From contig CAUOPB010000001.1 in the NCBI GenBank assembly GCA_963456685.1, positions 57,511 to 121,510 of the forward strand: a DNA stretch of 64,000 bases, written 5' to 3'. The notes beneath the pieces are model-generated. The model was given only the letters and a program-made list of their open reading frames with translations. It searched no databases and had not been told where the DNA came from. Both the position numbers and the translations under genes were made by a program. The stretch is from an uncultured Candidatus Saccharibacteria bacterium (lineage in GTDB: Bacteria > Patescibacteriota > Saccharimonadia > Saccharimonadales > Saccharimonadaceae). Of the stretch, positions 21,514 through 31,912 are shown piece by piece. Numbering within the stretch: position 1 is the first letter of the stretch; every line of letters starts with the position of its first letter.

Positions 21514-24413
21514 TCATCAGGCGTTGCCTTAGCGTAATCACACATACCGATCGTCTCAAAATGCTTCTTGGCGCAAGCAATTTTATGCAACTCGTCTTCG
21601 CGCTCACCGCCATTTTTCGTCTCACGCACCATATATACTTTTTCTACACCATTGACTTCTTTGACAATTGCCCAATCTGGGTTGTAGTCACCAACTGGCG
21701 TCGGTATCGTAAACTTCGACGGCAGCTTGAGGAATAGTTTGATATCTTCACGACTGTCCAAATATTCGGCAAACTTTTGTTCAGTCGCCGAATCCAGCAC
21801 CAATCTATCTGTCACTGTTTTTTGTTGATTCTTAACTTGATACAGTCGATCAATAAAACGTTCGACTTCTTCATCACTATCTTTTTGGAAATTGCGAAGT
21901 TCATAATTACGCTCACCCATCTTTTCATACTCAACGCCGTCTACCACAACCTGCGCCAGTACCGACTTAATTGCACCCTTCACCATTTGCACATAGTCGT
22001 AAGGGTTTTTCAAGAATTCATGTAGCCGACCACTACCAATCAAAATGTCAACAATTGTTCGTCGAGTGAGACCAGTGCTATCCTGTAATTCAGAGATGAT
22101 ATCCGGCAGTTCAAACGTTCCCGCCAAGTCACGGGTTGCTTCACCGACCATACCATCGTTATGAACGCCGCCACGCTTCAAAAGCACTCTATGCCTTTTC
22201 ACCTCAATTCTTAACGGCTTAAGCTCAGGCTTGGATTTAATGACACCAATGGCCGCCATAATAATCTGACCGTTATCAAATACCACACGGTACGTCGTTT
22301 TATGTGAAATTCGCTTCCACAATTCCTCAAGTAGTGGACTATACAAAACCTCTTTATTGGGACGAATCTTCTCTTTTTTACGCGCATCCTTAACAAATTT
22401 ATCAATCTTACAGCCCTCGATAATATCGACCACCTCGGCATGATATTTTTGCAGATCTCCAGGCAGATCAAGCGTAAAGCCAATATTATTCGGTGCGAAA
22501 TTCGCCAGTACTCGACCCTCGTCATCAATCATGCTGCGACACCGCAAACATTCCCAAATCTCATTTGAACTCTGATGTCCCAGCGTGCTACTTGGATCAT
22601 CGTGCAACGCTATTCGTGCGAACTCACTACGCCGCACAAAACCAATCTTAACACCAGCTTTCTTATATTCCTTTTGTAAGTTATTCGCAAAATCGCGGTA
22701 CGATTCATTAGCGACCACCATCAGCTGATTGATCTGCCCGTCAAACACTCGCGTGCCATCCTGGCGCACTGGCAGACGCAAGCCCCGTCCAATCGTCTGT
22801 CGGCGATCATTTTCACTACCGCTCTCGCGCATCATACAAATTTGAAACACATTCGGGTTGTCCCAACCCTCTTTCAATGCCGAGTGACTAAAAATAAACC
22901 GTACTGGATTTGCCTGGTCAAGCAGTTTTTCTTTACCTTTCATAATTAGGTCATAAGCCGACTCATCTTGTGCATTGCCTTTGCCCTCTTTGCTATCGAC
23001 GAAGCTTGTTTTGCCGCCTTTGCGCATCTCAGCAAAATATGCTTTCCGAACTTCACTTGGATCTTTAGGCATAATATCTTCGTAAAAACGGCTCTTTTTT
23101 CGCTCCTCCTGATACAGCTCATCAAACCAGCGGGCAAATTTTCCGTCAACCATATTGCCGTCAGCATCATATTCCAAATAACTTGCCACCTTATCAACAA
23201 AAAATAGACTCAATACCTTAATTCCTTGATCGCGCAGTAAATATTCTCGCTTAATATGCTCGGCAATAGTCACGCGAATCATTTCGCGCATAACTTGATC
23301 TTCGTTACCGCCCCAATTTTCACCAAGCATTAGGACCCCTTGCGACCCAACTTCCACACTCGCTGGAACCGTCGAAATTTCATTGATGATATAACCTTCA
23401 TAAATACTATTACCGGTGCGAATATCCAGTTTGTCGTGATGATTAACCCATAGCGGCTTTCGCCCAACATTACCTTTTTTATCGCGGACCAACACTTCAA
23501 CATAAGCTTGGAGCTTCGGTGTATTGCGTACATCAATAAGTTTTATATACGGCTTAGCATCGCTACCCTCTTGCTGTGCATTTGCCACCACGATGCTTTT
23601 CACCAACTTCTCTCGGTGAGCATCAACTGGATCAAGCCGATACATCATATTGTAGTCGTGAGTATGCGTGGCGCTATAACGCAATGTACACATCGGGTTC
23701 AAATCATTAATCGCGCTCGTCGACAGTTCACTCTCCATTTTTTGTGGCTCATCCATGATGACAATAGGATTGACGGCAGCCAAATATTCAATTGGCGCAA
23801 TACCATTTAGCTTATCGCGTTCTTGATGAATCACTCGCGTGTTCTTATTGCCGCGAATTGCATCAATTGTCATAACCATAAACTGCGTCATAGTGCTGGT
23901 AGCATAACTCTGTACCACCTCTGGATTTTTACCATCATACACCGACACTTCGTACGGACTATACCCCATCTCGCGCATGAAATGCTCGCGCATACTGTCA
24001 AGGCTACTTTTCACACCCTCTTTGATAGCAATGCTCGGCACGATGATAATAAACTTCGAAAAACCATACAATTTCGCCATTTCCAGTGCTGTGCGTAAAT
24101 ATACATAGGTTTTGCCAGTACCTGTTTCCATCTCAACGCTAAAGTTCATACCATTCAGCTTTTCAACCGGAGCGATACCGTTGTCGTTTTGTATAGACTT
24201 CACATTTTCTAATATCGCGTCATCATCAAGTAGTAGATTATTGCCAATTGCACCAATTTCATTGAAAAGTCCAACCTGGTCGCCATACACTGATCTAGAC
24301 CGTAAAACTGTATCAAACGCATCGGCATCATCAGGCTGACCATCGAAAACGCTCGTAATAGCACTGATAGCTTGCAACTGGAACGATTGATTGGAATCGT
24401 ATTTAATTTTCAT
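21501..24413 (-). CDS. res: Type III restriction endonuclease subunit Res (EcoP15I-like)
   Basis: SVEMETGTGKTYVY, DEPQ, LRYSATH, FSHSALKEGWDNPNVFQIC, QTIGRGLR, nuclease motif YNPDW...ETK. Confidence 0.93.
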   Translation of the reverse strand: MKIKYDSNQSFQLQAISAITSVFDGQPDDADAFDTVLRSRSVYGDQVGLFNEIGAIGNNLLLDDDAILENVKSIQNDNGIAPVEKLNGMNFSVEMETGTGKTYVYLRTALEMAKLYGFSKFIIIVPSIAIKEGVKSSLDSMREHFMREMGYSPYEVSVYDGKNPEVVQSYATSTMTQFMVMTIDAIRGNKNTRVIHQERDKLNGIAPIEYLAAVNPIVIMDEPQKMESELSTSAINDLNPMCTLRYSATHTHDYNMMYRLDPVDAHREKLVKSIVVANAQQEGSDAKPYIKLIDVRNTPKLQAYVEVLVRDKKGNVGRKPLWVNHHDKLDIRTGNSIYEGYIINEISTVPASVEVGSQGVLMLGENWGGNEDQVMREMIRVTIAEHIKREYLLRDQGIKVLSLFFVDKVASYLEYDADGNMVDGKFARWFDELYQEERKKSRFYEDIMPKDPSEVRKAYFAEMRKGGKTSFVDSKEGKGNAQDESAYDLIMKGKEKLLDQANPVRFIFSHSALKEGWDNPNVFQICMMRESGSENDRRQTIGRGLRLPVRQDGTRVFDGQINQLMVVANESYRDFANNLQKEYKKAGVKIGFVRRSEFARIALHDDPSSTLGHQSSNEIWECLRCRSMIDDEGRVLANFAPNNIGFTLDLPGDLQKYHAEVVDIIEGCKIDKFVKDARKKEKIRPNKEVLYSPLLEELWKRISHKTTYRVVFDNGQIIMAAIGVIKSKPELKPLRIEVKRHRVLLKRGGVHNDGMVGEATRDLAGTFELPDIISELQDSTGLTRRTIVDILIGSGRLHEFLKNPYDYVQMVKGAIKSVLAQVVVDGVEYEKMGERNYELRNFQKDSDEEVERFIDRLYQVKNQQKTVTDRLVLDSATEQKFAEYLDSREDIKLFLKLPSKFTIPTPVGDYNPDWAIVKEVNGVEKVYMVRETKNGGEREDELHKIACAKKHFETIGMCDYAKATPDDWRV

Positions 24414-24452
24414 GATTTACCTCTGAATAATACACTATGTTGTAATTTTAAC

Positions 24453-24481
24453 TTGACTTTATATTCTCTCTCATGTATTAT
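24453..24481 (+). promoter_or_regulatory. Sigma70-type promoter facing the 3' end of the DUF3800 gene
   Basis: TTGACT (24453-58), 17 nt, TATTAT (24476-81). Confidence 0.65.
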
Positions 24482-24487
24482 GATAAT

Positions 24488-24560
24488 GGAAGTGCCGTTC
24501 AACTGATTAGTCCCGTCCATCGGGTGCGTCTCGCAAGAGTAGGTTGGACGGCTTTCTTGT
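24488..24560 (+). ncRNA. Candidate DUF3800-associated structured RNA
   Basis: GCCGTTCAAC (24494-503) pairs with GTTGGACGGC (24543-552), enclosing CCCG-TCCAT-CGGG and CTC-GCAA-GAG (GNRA loop) hairpins, then a U-rich tail. Confidence 0.65.
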
Positions 24561-24570
24561 ATGTAGATTG

Positions 24571-25212
24571 TCATTTCGGCCACCTTTGTAAGCTCACTAT
24601 TTTGTGAGATAGATAATTATAATATTCACTAGCATCTGATTTTCTCTGCAATTTACGATTACTGATGCTCGCACAATAGTCTGCCAACTGAAGAAGATTA
24701 TTCTTGTGAGAATCTTGAGTTTTAAGCTTTTTTATTTTATCACTCTCATCTGTCTTAAATTTATTCTTTAGATATCTCTTCAGTTCTCCAGCGAATGTAT
24801 CGCCACCGCTCTTATCAATAATTAGTCTGGCATTGTCCAGATATGGCATAGCATTGGTGAGTACCATATGGCAAGCATATTTATAAAAAGATTTCTTATC
24901 ATTAAATCCATCCCCCCAGAGCTTAGAAGGATCTTTGTCAATCGCAACTGTCGCAATAGTAAAGCTATACGGGCTAACCGCCTCCAGAAATTTGAATCTT
25001 TTCTGTCTAGAATTTCGACTATAGTGAAATTCATAATTACTATCTAACCCTAGCTCGGTTCGCAATAAATCTATGCGCTTATCACAAGCCAAGGCTTCTT
25101 CTTCATCCATAAAAATAACCACACTAACTACTAAAAACTGCGAAGAGCCTTTGTCTGTCATGCGTCCAGTATCGCCAGATTCATCCAAGAAAACCAGCAT
25201 CATACCGTCCAC
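24571..25212 (-). CDS. DUF3800 family protein
   Basis: VFLDESGD, EFHY, QDSHKNNLLQLADY. Confidence 0.88.
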   Translation of the reverse strand: MDGMMLVFLDESGDTGRMTDKGSSQFLVVSVVIFMDEEEALACDKRIDLLRTELGLDSNYEFHYSRNSRQKRFKFLEAVSPYSFTIATVAIDKDPSKLWGDGFNDKKSFYKYACHMVLTNAMPYLDNARLIIDKSGGDTFAGELKRYLKNKFKTDESDKIKKLKTQDSHKNNLLQLADYCASISNRKLQRKSDASEYYNYLSHKIVSLQRWPK

Positions 25213-27117
25213 AATTCCACATCATAGCTTTTACAAGTTTGGACCAGGTTGGTTTTGAGCTGGTTATCGCCCTGGAAGGCGTCGTCAAGGATGACAAATT
25301 TGCTTGGAGCCAGGTCGGTGATGATAGCACGCAACTGTTCTAGCATCGGTTTGGTATGTTCGTTCAGATATAGCACCGGCTGGCCTTCCGTCGAATCACC
25401 TTCGGCGACGACTTGATGCACATGAAGTTCATCGACATCGACGGTTTTAGTCCGCGTAGTCAGCGGCAAGCCCATTTTCAAAAGCACTTCCACCAGCAAA
25501 TCTTCCTCGCTAGCATTGTCATTACTACTTTCGCACATCAGGTCCAGGCGGGCTTGTAGTTCGGTCAAATCGCCCGTCGGCGTACTTTGCCACTTAGTAA
25601 AATTAGTGTCAGCTAGTTTGTAAGTGCGATATCCAACGTCCAGCGGGGTATCACGCTCAGCCAGCTTGTCAGCAAAGTCAGCCTTAATCTTTTCGCCCGC
25701 CCGATTGATACGCTCGCGGGCAATATCACTAATCTTTTTATAGCCAGCCTTAAACGCTTCGCTCTTTTCGTCGGTCGGCTCAGGCAGCTGCACCATGATG
25801 TACTTACGATTACCGCCATCTTCGGCATTGAGTTGCATGACGGCATGAGCGGTGGTGGCAGAGCCGGCGAAGAAGTCGAGGATAATACAATCATCGTCAC
25901 TTAATATATTTGCTAGATACATAACCAAACTAGATGGCTTGGGAAAATCAAATGGAATATGCAATTTTCTAAGTTCGTTAGAACCAAGAGTATTCTGGAA
26001 ATCTTCGCTAAAACTTTTTGGCAGAAGCCCAGTGCTTTCCCTATCTTTTAAATAGAGCTTTGTGTAAACATTCCAACGAGCTTTTTCACCAGTATCATCA
26101 TCTAGTAAAGGAGATGTCGACGTTTCTTTAAACACAAGAATATTATTTTTTATTCCCTCTTTTAACTTAGCCTCACTCCATCTCCACGGCATATTATTTG
26201 GCGTATTTACTTTTTGTCCGTCAGGGGTCATTATAGGATATCTGGATCCTCCATGTTTTAAGGCTGCTTGGTATAACCCGATTTCTTTATAGCGACCCTC
26301 CTTATCTATCTTATTATAAGATTTTATCTGCTCGTCAGTGAGTGGTGTCGAGAATGGTTTTATATAATTTATATTACGAGAAAAGCCAACAATATAATCT
26401 TGTACACGGGGAAAATGTTGTGCCATTATTACTTGATTTTTTTGTTATCCTCGTAAAGATTGGCAATTGATTGGCTTCGCCAAAAATTTCTGACATCATT
26501 CTTTGAAGATTAGTCAGCTCTGTATCGCCTATACTCACAAATATCACCCCGTCATCAGTCAACAAATTGCGCGCCAACTTCAAGCGCGGGTACATCATAT
26601 TCAGCCAGTTGCTGTGATAACGGCCAGTAGTTTCGGTGTTGGTACTAATCTTTTTGTTGCCTTCGTCCACCTGCTGGCTAAACTCCAGGTAGTTTTGCAA
26701 GCCTTCCTTGAAATTGTCCGGATACACAAAATCTTTGCCGGTATTGTACGGCGGATCGATGTAAATCATCTTGATGCTGTTGTGATACTGCTTTTGCAGC
26801 ACTTTCAGCACCTCGAGGTTATCGCCCTCAATGAAAATGTTGTTGGTCGTGTCCCAATCTTTGCTCTCGTCCTTGGCGGGTCGGAGCGTCGCAGTTGTTG
26901 GCTCTTGCGCTGCCCGTAGCGCCTGCTTCTTGCCTGGCCAAAATAACCCAAACCGCTCATTCGGCTCGCCAGCATCTTCCGCCAGCAGCTCCTTCAACTT
27001 AACGACATCCACCTTGCCATCCGCAATCGCCTCCGGCACTAGCTCCTCCAGCTGTTTCGCTAGGTTAGTGCGGAAGTTGGGAGAAGTGGATGGCAATTCA
27101 TTCACACTATTATCCAT
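25200..27117 (-). pseudogene. mod: Type III R-M methyltransferase Mod, frameshifted near 26400-26443
   Basis: N-part (26374-27117): EGDNLEVLK, IYIDPPYNTG, NMMYPRLKLARNLL. C-part (25200-26426): FDFPKP, ILDFFAGSATTAHA. The two ORFs overlap in different frames. Confidence 0.88.
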
Positions 27118-27174
27118 ATCTTGATTATTAATGCTTACTCCAGTTATTTGACTATAATTATATCACTTTTGAGG

Positions 27175-29004
27175 TCACTGCTCGATATCCAGATTGATGA
27201 CATTTTGTTCACCGAAAAAGGAGTTTGCGTCTTGAATAATACCCTGACTTTTATCGCCTTCGTTATAAAAAAAGAAATATAGGTTGCATTCTGCACGTGA
27301 CCCGACAACATACATCATTCTTCTAGTGTATTCTTGCAAACCCTCTATATCGGATGAGCCACCTTTGGGATTTTGTTTAAACACATTTTCATAATTAGCT
27401 CCTCTATACCAATTACCGTTATCAACAACCCCCACAATGTTTCTATAAGCAAGCCCCTTGGAGCTGTGCTGGGTGCCAAATTCACTATATGAACTGATCA
27501 TCGTTTTTATCACATTAACAACTTCAGTAATTTTTATGTTTTTAAGTAAATTAAACAAAACTGGATTTCCTGTTGATAATTCTTTATATTTATCGCCCTT
27601 TTCAAACCATTGTTGATTTTTCTCGCCAATATCAATAATTTCACCTATAGTTTTGTTAGTTTCTATACTATCGCGCAACTGCTGACGAATATTTCTAAGC
27701 TTCTCCAACTGTTGTTTTTCTTTTATTCTCCATTTATATTTCTTAGCAATTTCAAAAAAATTATCTTCTTCGTAGATATCTGCAAATTCAACCAATCGAA
27801 TAACATAATCCAGTAGAGGGCAGCGATACTCCTCGTTGGTAATCGCTTGCTTATTAAAATAACCCAATCTATCAAATTGAACAGGGAAGTATATTTTAAC
27901 CGTTTTAAGATTCCATTCAGGGTCGTAAGTACCCCTAGCTTTAAGTTCATCAATCACCTCGATCAATGTTTTATCGTTAGTGATTATGTCCTTTGCCTTA
28001 ACTTTTATCTGTTTAATAATCCAACTTGGTTGATCGTAAAGGTTGTATAAGTTTTCATATCCAGCGTGCTTAGCTAATAGTTTATGTGTAAGAAACAGGC
28101 AACGATAACGAGGACAGTCAACATCTGGTTCAGGAACTTCAATCTTGTTAATTTCATTAATAACCTTTTGCACACTAGAGCGTTCGGTAGAATAAAAGAA
28201 CTTTACATTGTCACCTTTATAGTCCTTCATCACACCAGCAGACCGTTGCTTGACGCCGTCTGTACGTATTTTATTGCAAAAATCATTTAAAATCCTCAGA
28301 CAGCTTCGATAATTATCTTTTTTAATAATTTCGGTGGTTTTCCAGTTTGGCTTTAATCCATCCATATTGTTATAAATCTTTTGCATTTCATCGCCAAATA
28401 AGCCTATAGTTAGTTGATGATGGCTTGTATCAGCAATCTGAACATAATCAAATAGTATATCCAAGACAGACTGATGCGTATCCTGATATTCATCAATAAA
28501 TATATAGTCATATTTTAATTTGGTTATTCTACAAAGCAATTTATGAGACTGGAACATTCTACTAGCAATGATTAATACCTCATCATGAGAAATTACACCC
28601 TTTTGTAGATTTAGGAATTCACCATAACTAATACCTTCTTGAAAGCTATTTTCATTGAGGGGAATATTATCATAATTGATAATTTTACCATCATCAATAG
28701 ACTCTATCAGTGCACGCTTTATGTCCGATTGATATCTTGCAATTTGGCCCCATATAAACTTATGAATGGTCGATGCAATATTTTGATCACCCCGCGAAAA
28801 TCGTTTGTTCAACTCATCAGCTGCCGCATTAGTATAAGTAATACAGGCAATTTTAGCAGATTTATTGTTTTTAAGAATAAATGTAATCGCCTCGCCTAGT
28901 GAATATGTCTTGCCACTGCCTGCTCCGCCCTTCAATAAGAAATTCTCGTGCCTTTCGATAGCATCCGCAACTCCAGAAGGTAAATCTATTCCTTTGCGAT
29001 CCAC
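27175..29004 (-). CDS. gajB: UvrD-family helicase, Gabija GajB-like
   Basis: GGAGSGKT, ITYTNAA, IDEYQDT, FGDEMQKIY, NYRS, HSSKGL, YVVGSRA; overlaps the OLD nuclease gene. Confidence 0.8.
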   Translation of the reverse strand: MDRKGIDLPSGVADAIERHENFLLKGGAGSGKTYSLGEAITFILKNNKSAKIACITYTNAAADELNKRFSRGDQNIASTIHKFIWGQIARYQSDIKRALIESIDDGKIINYDNIPLNENSFQEGISYGEFLNLQKGVISHDEVLIIASRMFQSHKLLCRITKLKYDYIFIDEYQDTHQSVLDILFDYVQIADTSHHQLTIGLFGDEMQKIYNNMDGLKPNWKTTEIIKKDNYRSCLRILNDFCNKIRTDGVKQRSAGVMKDYKGDNVKFFYSTERSSVQKVINEINKIEVPEPDVDCPRYRCLFLTHKLLAKHAGYENLYNLYDQPSWIIKQIKVKAKDIITNDKTLIEVIDELKARGTYDPEWNLKTVKIYFPVQFDRLGYFNKQAITNEEYRCPLLDYVIRLVEFADIYEEDNFFEIAKKYKWRIKEKQQLEKLRNIRQQLRDSIETNKTIGEIIDIGEKNQQWFEKGDKYKELSTGNPVLFNLLKNIKITEVVNVIKTMISSYSEFGTQHSSKGLAYRNIVGVVDNGNWYRGANYENVFKQNPKGGSSDIEGLQEYTRRMMYVVGSRAECNLYFFFYNEGDKSQGIIQDANSFFGEQNVINLDIEQ

Positions 29005-31034
29005 TTTAGACCTTCCATGATATATTCTGGCACTTTTATTTTTTGTCCTGATTTTTCATTTGCATTAATAATATCAATAGCAAACATTGCTTTTGATTTG
29101 ATATAAGCCTTTCCAAACTTAAAGTCAATATCAGTCGAACTATCAATTTTCTTTTTTACGCTATTTACAAATTTTTTATTATTGGATTGATCTATAATCC
29201 AATCTTTATTTAAATATGCAAAAGAGTCTTCAAAAGTTCGAGCACAATAACCATTTTCTTCTTTTTGGGTTGTAAGTCTTATATTGCCACTTGAGCTGAG
29301 AATATATCCTTTATCACTAACCGAAAAAATCAGCCTATCATATTGCATATCTCTAATTCTATCTATAGTACTCTTGTTGGGTTCTTGAGTTTTAGGCAAG
29401 AGCTTTTTTAGGGTTGGATTGGTAGTATCGTCTGCCTTATCGCTACTGCACGCCTGGAGTTGCCCTGATTCACCTTTCTTAGCATAATCCATGTCTGTAA
29501 TCATTAATGTTTTAATGCCAAGTAATTTAATTAGATCACCAAAAATATACATATAGTTGCCCACATCAACCACTGACACGTATTGACTGAGTAATTTCTG
29601 CTGATTTTTCTCATCTCTATCGTGTAAATCCATAAAATATGGTATTAAAATACGCTCAGTATCACCCTCAACTAAGATTAGTTTGTCGGCAAAAAATAAT
29701 TCCGATCTATGTACAGTCAAGTACTGCCTGATAAAGCTTTCATATTCAGAGAATTGACCATGGTAAGCTTGACTAATTTTAACAGCCTTCACGCTGTCAT
29801 TGTCCCTTTTCATAAGCACCATATCATCAATCTCTTTAAACTGAGATACGAAATGAGGTGAGTGTGTTGTAATAAATGTAGTTGTACGAATATCTTTTGT
29901 ATTATCTGTTATAAATTGCTTGATATGATTAGCGAAAACATATTGCATTTGCGGATGGGTATGAGCTTCTGGCTCTTCAATATAGATAATATGTTCGAGC
30001 GCAGACATACCCGATGTGTTATTCTGCTGTATTTCATCAATTATCATTCTGAGTTTAATAATAATTGCATACATATTCATATATCCAAGCCCGCTTCGGG
30101 TCTCAGGAAGACGATTATTACCCTCCCCGTAATACACCTTGGAGTTGCCATAGCCTAAAATAGAATTCATTGCAATATTTGATCGCACTGAAATATTACC
30201 AGCATCCTTACCTTGAATAAACTCTTTAATGTCTTTAATGACAGTAGAAAACACTCCATTGCCACCATTTTTACCGTTATATTGCTGAGTCAGAAGATCA
30301 TCCGTTTCGATAATGCTTTGTTGTAACTGCCTAAAAACACCCCCATCAACCTTCTCCTTCACATAAGATTGAGCATACTTAGATAAAGTGTCTTGACCGC
30401 TTTCTCTTCGTATATCATTAGCCACTCCGCGTTTAGCTGATATGGTATAAAGTTTAATAAGGTTCTGCAGCCCGAAAAACTTTTGATCAAAATCTCCTGA
30501 TTGATATTCTCTTGTATTATCACCTTGAATTGCTACACACTCTACAGTCATATAATCTCTTGAAAATTTTGACAAAAAATCTACTGCCTCTACCTCGGTA
30601 TTATTCAACTCTTGACGAAGTTCTGGTATTTTATCAACGTTAAACTTTTTTATAATTTTGATAGTTACGCAATCCCCACCGTCGAGAGAAAGAATTGGTA
30701 ATCTAGATATGTCGCCACTATCGTCAGAATAATCAATCTTCACTTCAAGCGATATCGCAGCATCGTTAAGTAGCTTTATTCTATCATTATCACTCATGGC
30801 AGGATCTAGCGTTAGGGCAGTGATAATACTCTGTCGAACATCTAAAGGAATATCATCAAATCCAGCCTGCTTCAAATCATTATTCAAGACATCATCTAAT
30901 AAATCAAGAAGTGATGTTTTAGCTGTATTATTACGACCAACTAGTACTAAAAAATTATCTTCATCTGTCGAAAAATCTAATCGAAAATCTTTCATGAGAC
31001 GATAATTTTTGATTGATATATTTGATATGTGCAT
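28986..31034 (-). CDS. gajA: OLD-family ABC-ATPase/TOPRIM nuclease, Gabija GajA-like
   Basis: IKNYR, GRNNTAKTS, IEEPEAHTHPQMQ, ITTHS, LFFADKLILVEGDTE, ITDMD. Confidence 0.82.
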   Translation of the reverse strand: MHISNISIKNYRLMKDFRLDFSTDEDNFLVLVGRNNTAKTSLLDLLDDVLNNDLKQAGFDDIPLDVRQSIITALTLDPAMSDNDRIKLLNDAAISLEVKIDYSDDSGDISRLPILSLDGGDCVTIKIIKKFNVDKIPELRQELNNTEVEAVDFLSKFSRDYMTVECVAIQGDNTREYQSGDFDQKFFGLQNLIKLYTISAKRGVANDIRRESGQDTLSKYAQSYVKEKVDGGVFRQLQQSIIETDDLLTQQYNGKNGGNGVFSTVIKDIKEFIQGKDAGNISVRSNIAMNSILGYGNSKVYYGEGNNRLPETRSGLGYMNMYAIIIKLRMIIDEIQQNNTSGMSALEHIIYIEEPEAHTHPQMQYVFANHIKQFITDNTKDIRTTTFITTHSPHFVSQFKEIDDMVLMKRDNDSVKAVKISQAYHGQFSEYESFIRQYLTVHRSELFFADKLILVEGDTERILIPYFMDLHDRDEKNQQKLLSQYVSVVDVGNYMYIFGDLIKLLGIKTLMITDMDYAKKGESGQLQACSSDKADDTTNPTLKKLLPKTQEPNKSTIDRIRDMQYDRLIFSVSDKGYILSSSGNIRLTTQKEENGYCARTFEDSFAYLNKDWIIDQSNNKKFVNSVKKKIDSSTDIDFKFGKAYIKSKAMFAIDIINANEKSGQKIKVPEYIMEGLKWIAKE

Positions 31035-31145
31035 TTATTTCCTTTGCAATATGTTAAATTGAATAGCAAATAGCTCCATACGCTCAATTTCACCTTCAGA
31101 AGCTTGCTGTGCTAGGGCTATTTTATCGGATATTTGCTCGTCCAT
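31035..31145 (-). repeat. Diverged duplicate of the SNF2 helicase 3' end (36-codon ORF)
   Basis: MDEQISDKIALAQQASEGEIERMELFAIQFNILQRK* versus SNF2 end MDEQISNKIALAQQASEGGVITERLFTIEFAIQ*; exact 25-bp match 31102-31126 = 32785-32809. Confidence 0.88.
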
Positions 31146-31321
31146 TTTTTACTCTTTATTAGATTCTGTCATCTATCTGTTTAGAATTATATCACGCCAA
31201 AACCATGCAATGGCAGCACACAAAATCTGTCAATAGTTTTTTGATAAAAAATGCATTCAATTTTTACAGATGTAAGCCGTGGATAAAATACGCTTATGCT
31301 ATTGACAAAATACCAAAACTA

Positions 31322-31350
31322 TTGACTTAATTATAATCCTATGCTATACT
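31322..31350 (+). promoter_or_regulatory. Strong sigma70 promoter facing the DUF3800 cassette 3' end
   Basis: TTGACT (31322-27), 17 nt, TATACT (31345-50) with extended -10 TG. Confidence 0.75.
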
Positions 31351-31356
31351 AGTTAT

Positions 31357-31417
31357 GTTAACGTACCAGGTTGTATGCATTAACCCTCGAAGTGTCCTCA
31401 TGGGCACTTCTTGTTTT
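31357..31417 (+). ncRNA. Candidate small RNA of the second DUF3800 cassette
   Basis: Stem GTTAA-CGTAC/GTATG-CA-TTAAC with CAGGTT loop, then hairpin GAAGTGTCC-TCAT-GGGCACTTC and TTGTTTT. Confidence 0.55.
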
Positions 31418-31912
31418 CTATAGAAACCTTATCGCCCTGTCACGTATTTTACTAAAATTCCGATACGAGTCGATTGAATAAGCGGTCACGATGATACTTT
31501 CCGAGCTTAAAGAAGCACTCTTACCCACTAGCGGTGACAGAATAACCACAAAATCGTGTTCTTCTAGCCACAAGTATAATCTGTCACCTTTGATATTCTC
31601 AGCCCAAAATGCTATCACCTCAGGCTGTTTGTAGTTATCAAGAATAGCGCGCACCCATGGTAATTTACTAGCACGATCGTAATCCATAATCCTTAGCCTG
31701 TTCCCTCTAGTTATTATATGGGTAAAGCCATATGTCAGCTGCAAGTCTTGCCAATTAGGATCTGGTTTATTATTTACTATAACTCGGTGACCATCGACAA
31801 CTGGATTATCTGAATTTATAAAATCTCTATTGAATACTTCTAACAGCTCCTTTAGGTCTTCATCGTAAGAGCCTCTTAGATTAAGAGGCGATGGTAGCCA
31901 GTCTGGATACAT
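31418..31912 (-). CDS. Hypothetical DUF3800 partner protein, possibly a BECR/RelE-like ribonuclease
   Basis: 164 aa abutting the DUF3800 stop; GFTHIITR, RASKLPWVRAIL, C-terminal IVTAY. Fold assignment is tentative. Confidence 0.6.
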   Translation of the reverse strand: MYPDWLPSPLNLRGSYDEDLKELLEVFNRDFINSDNPVVDGHRVIVNNKPDPNWQDLQLTYGFTHIITRGNRLRIMDYDRASKLPWVRAILDNYKQPEVIAFWAENIKGDRLYLWLEEHDFVVILSPLVGKSASLSSESIIVTAYSIDSYRNFSKIRDRAIRFL

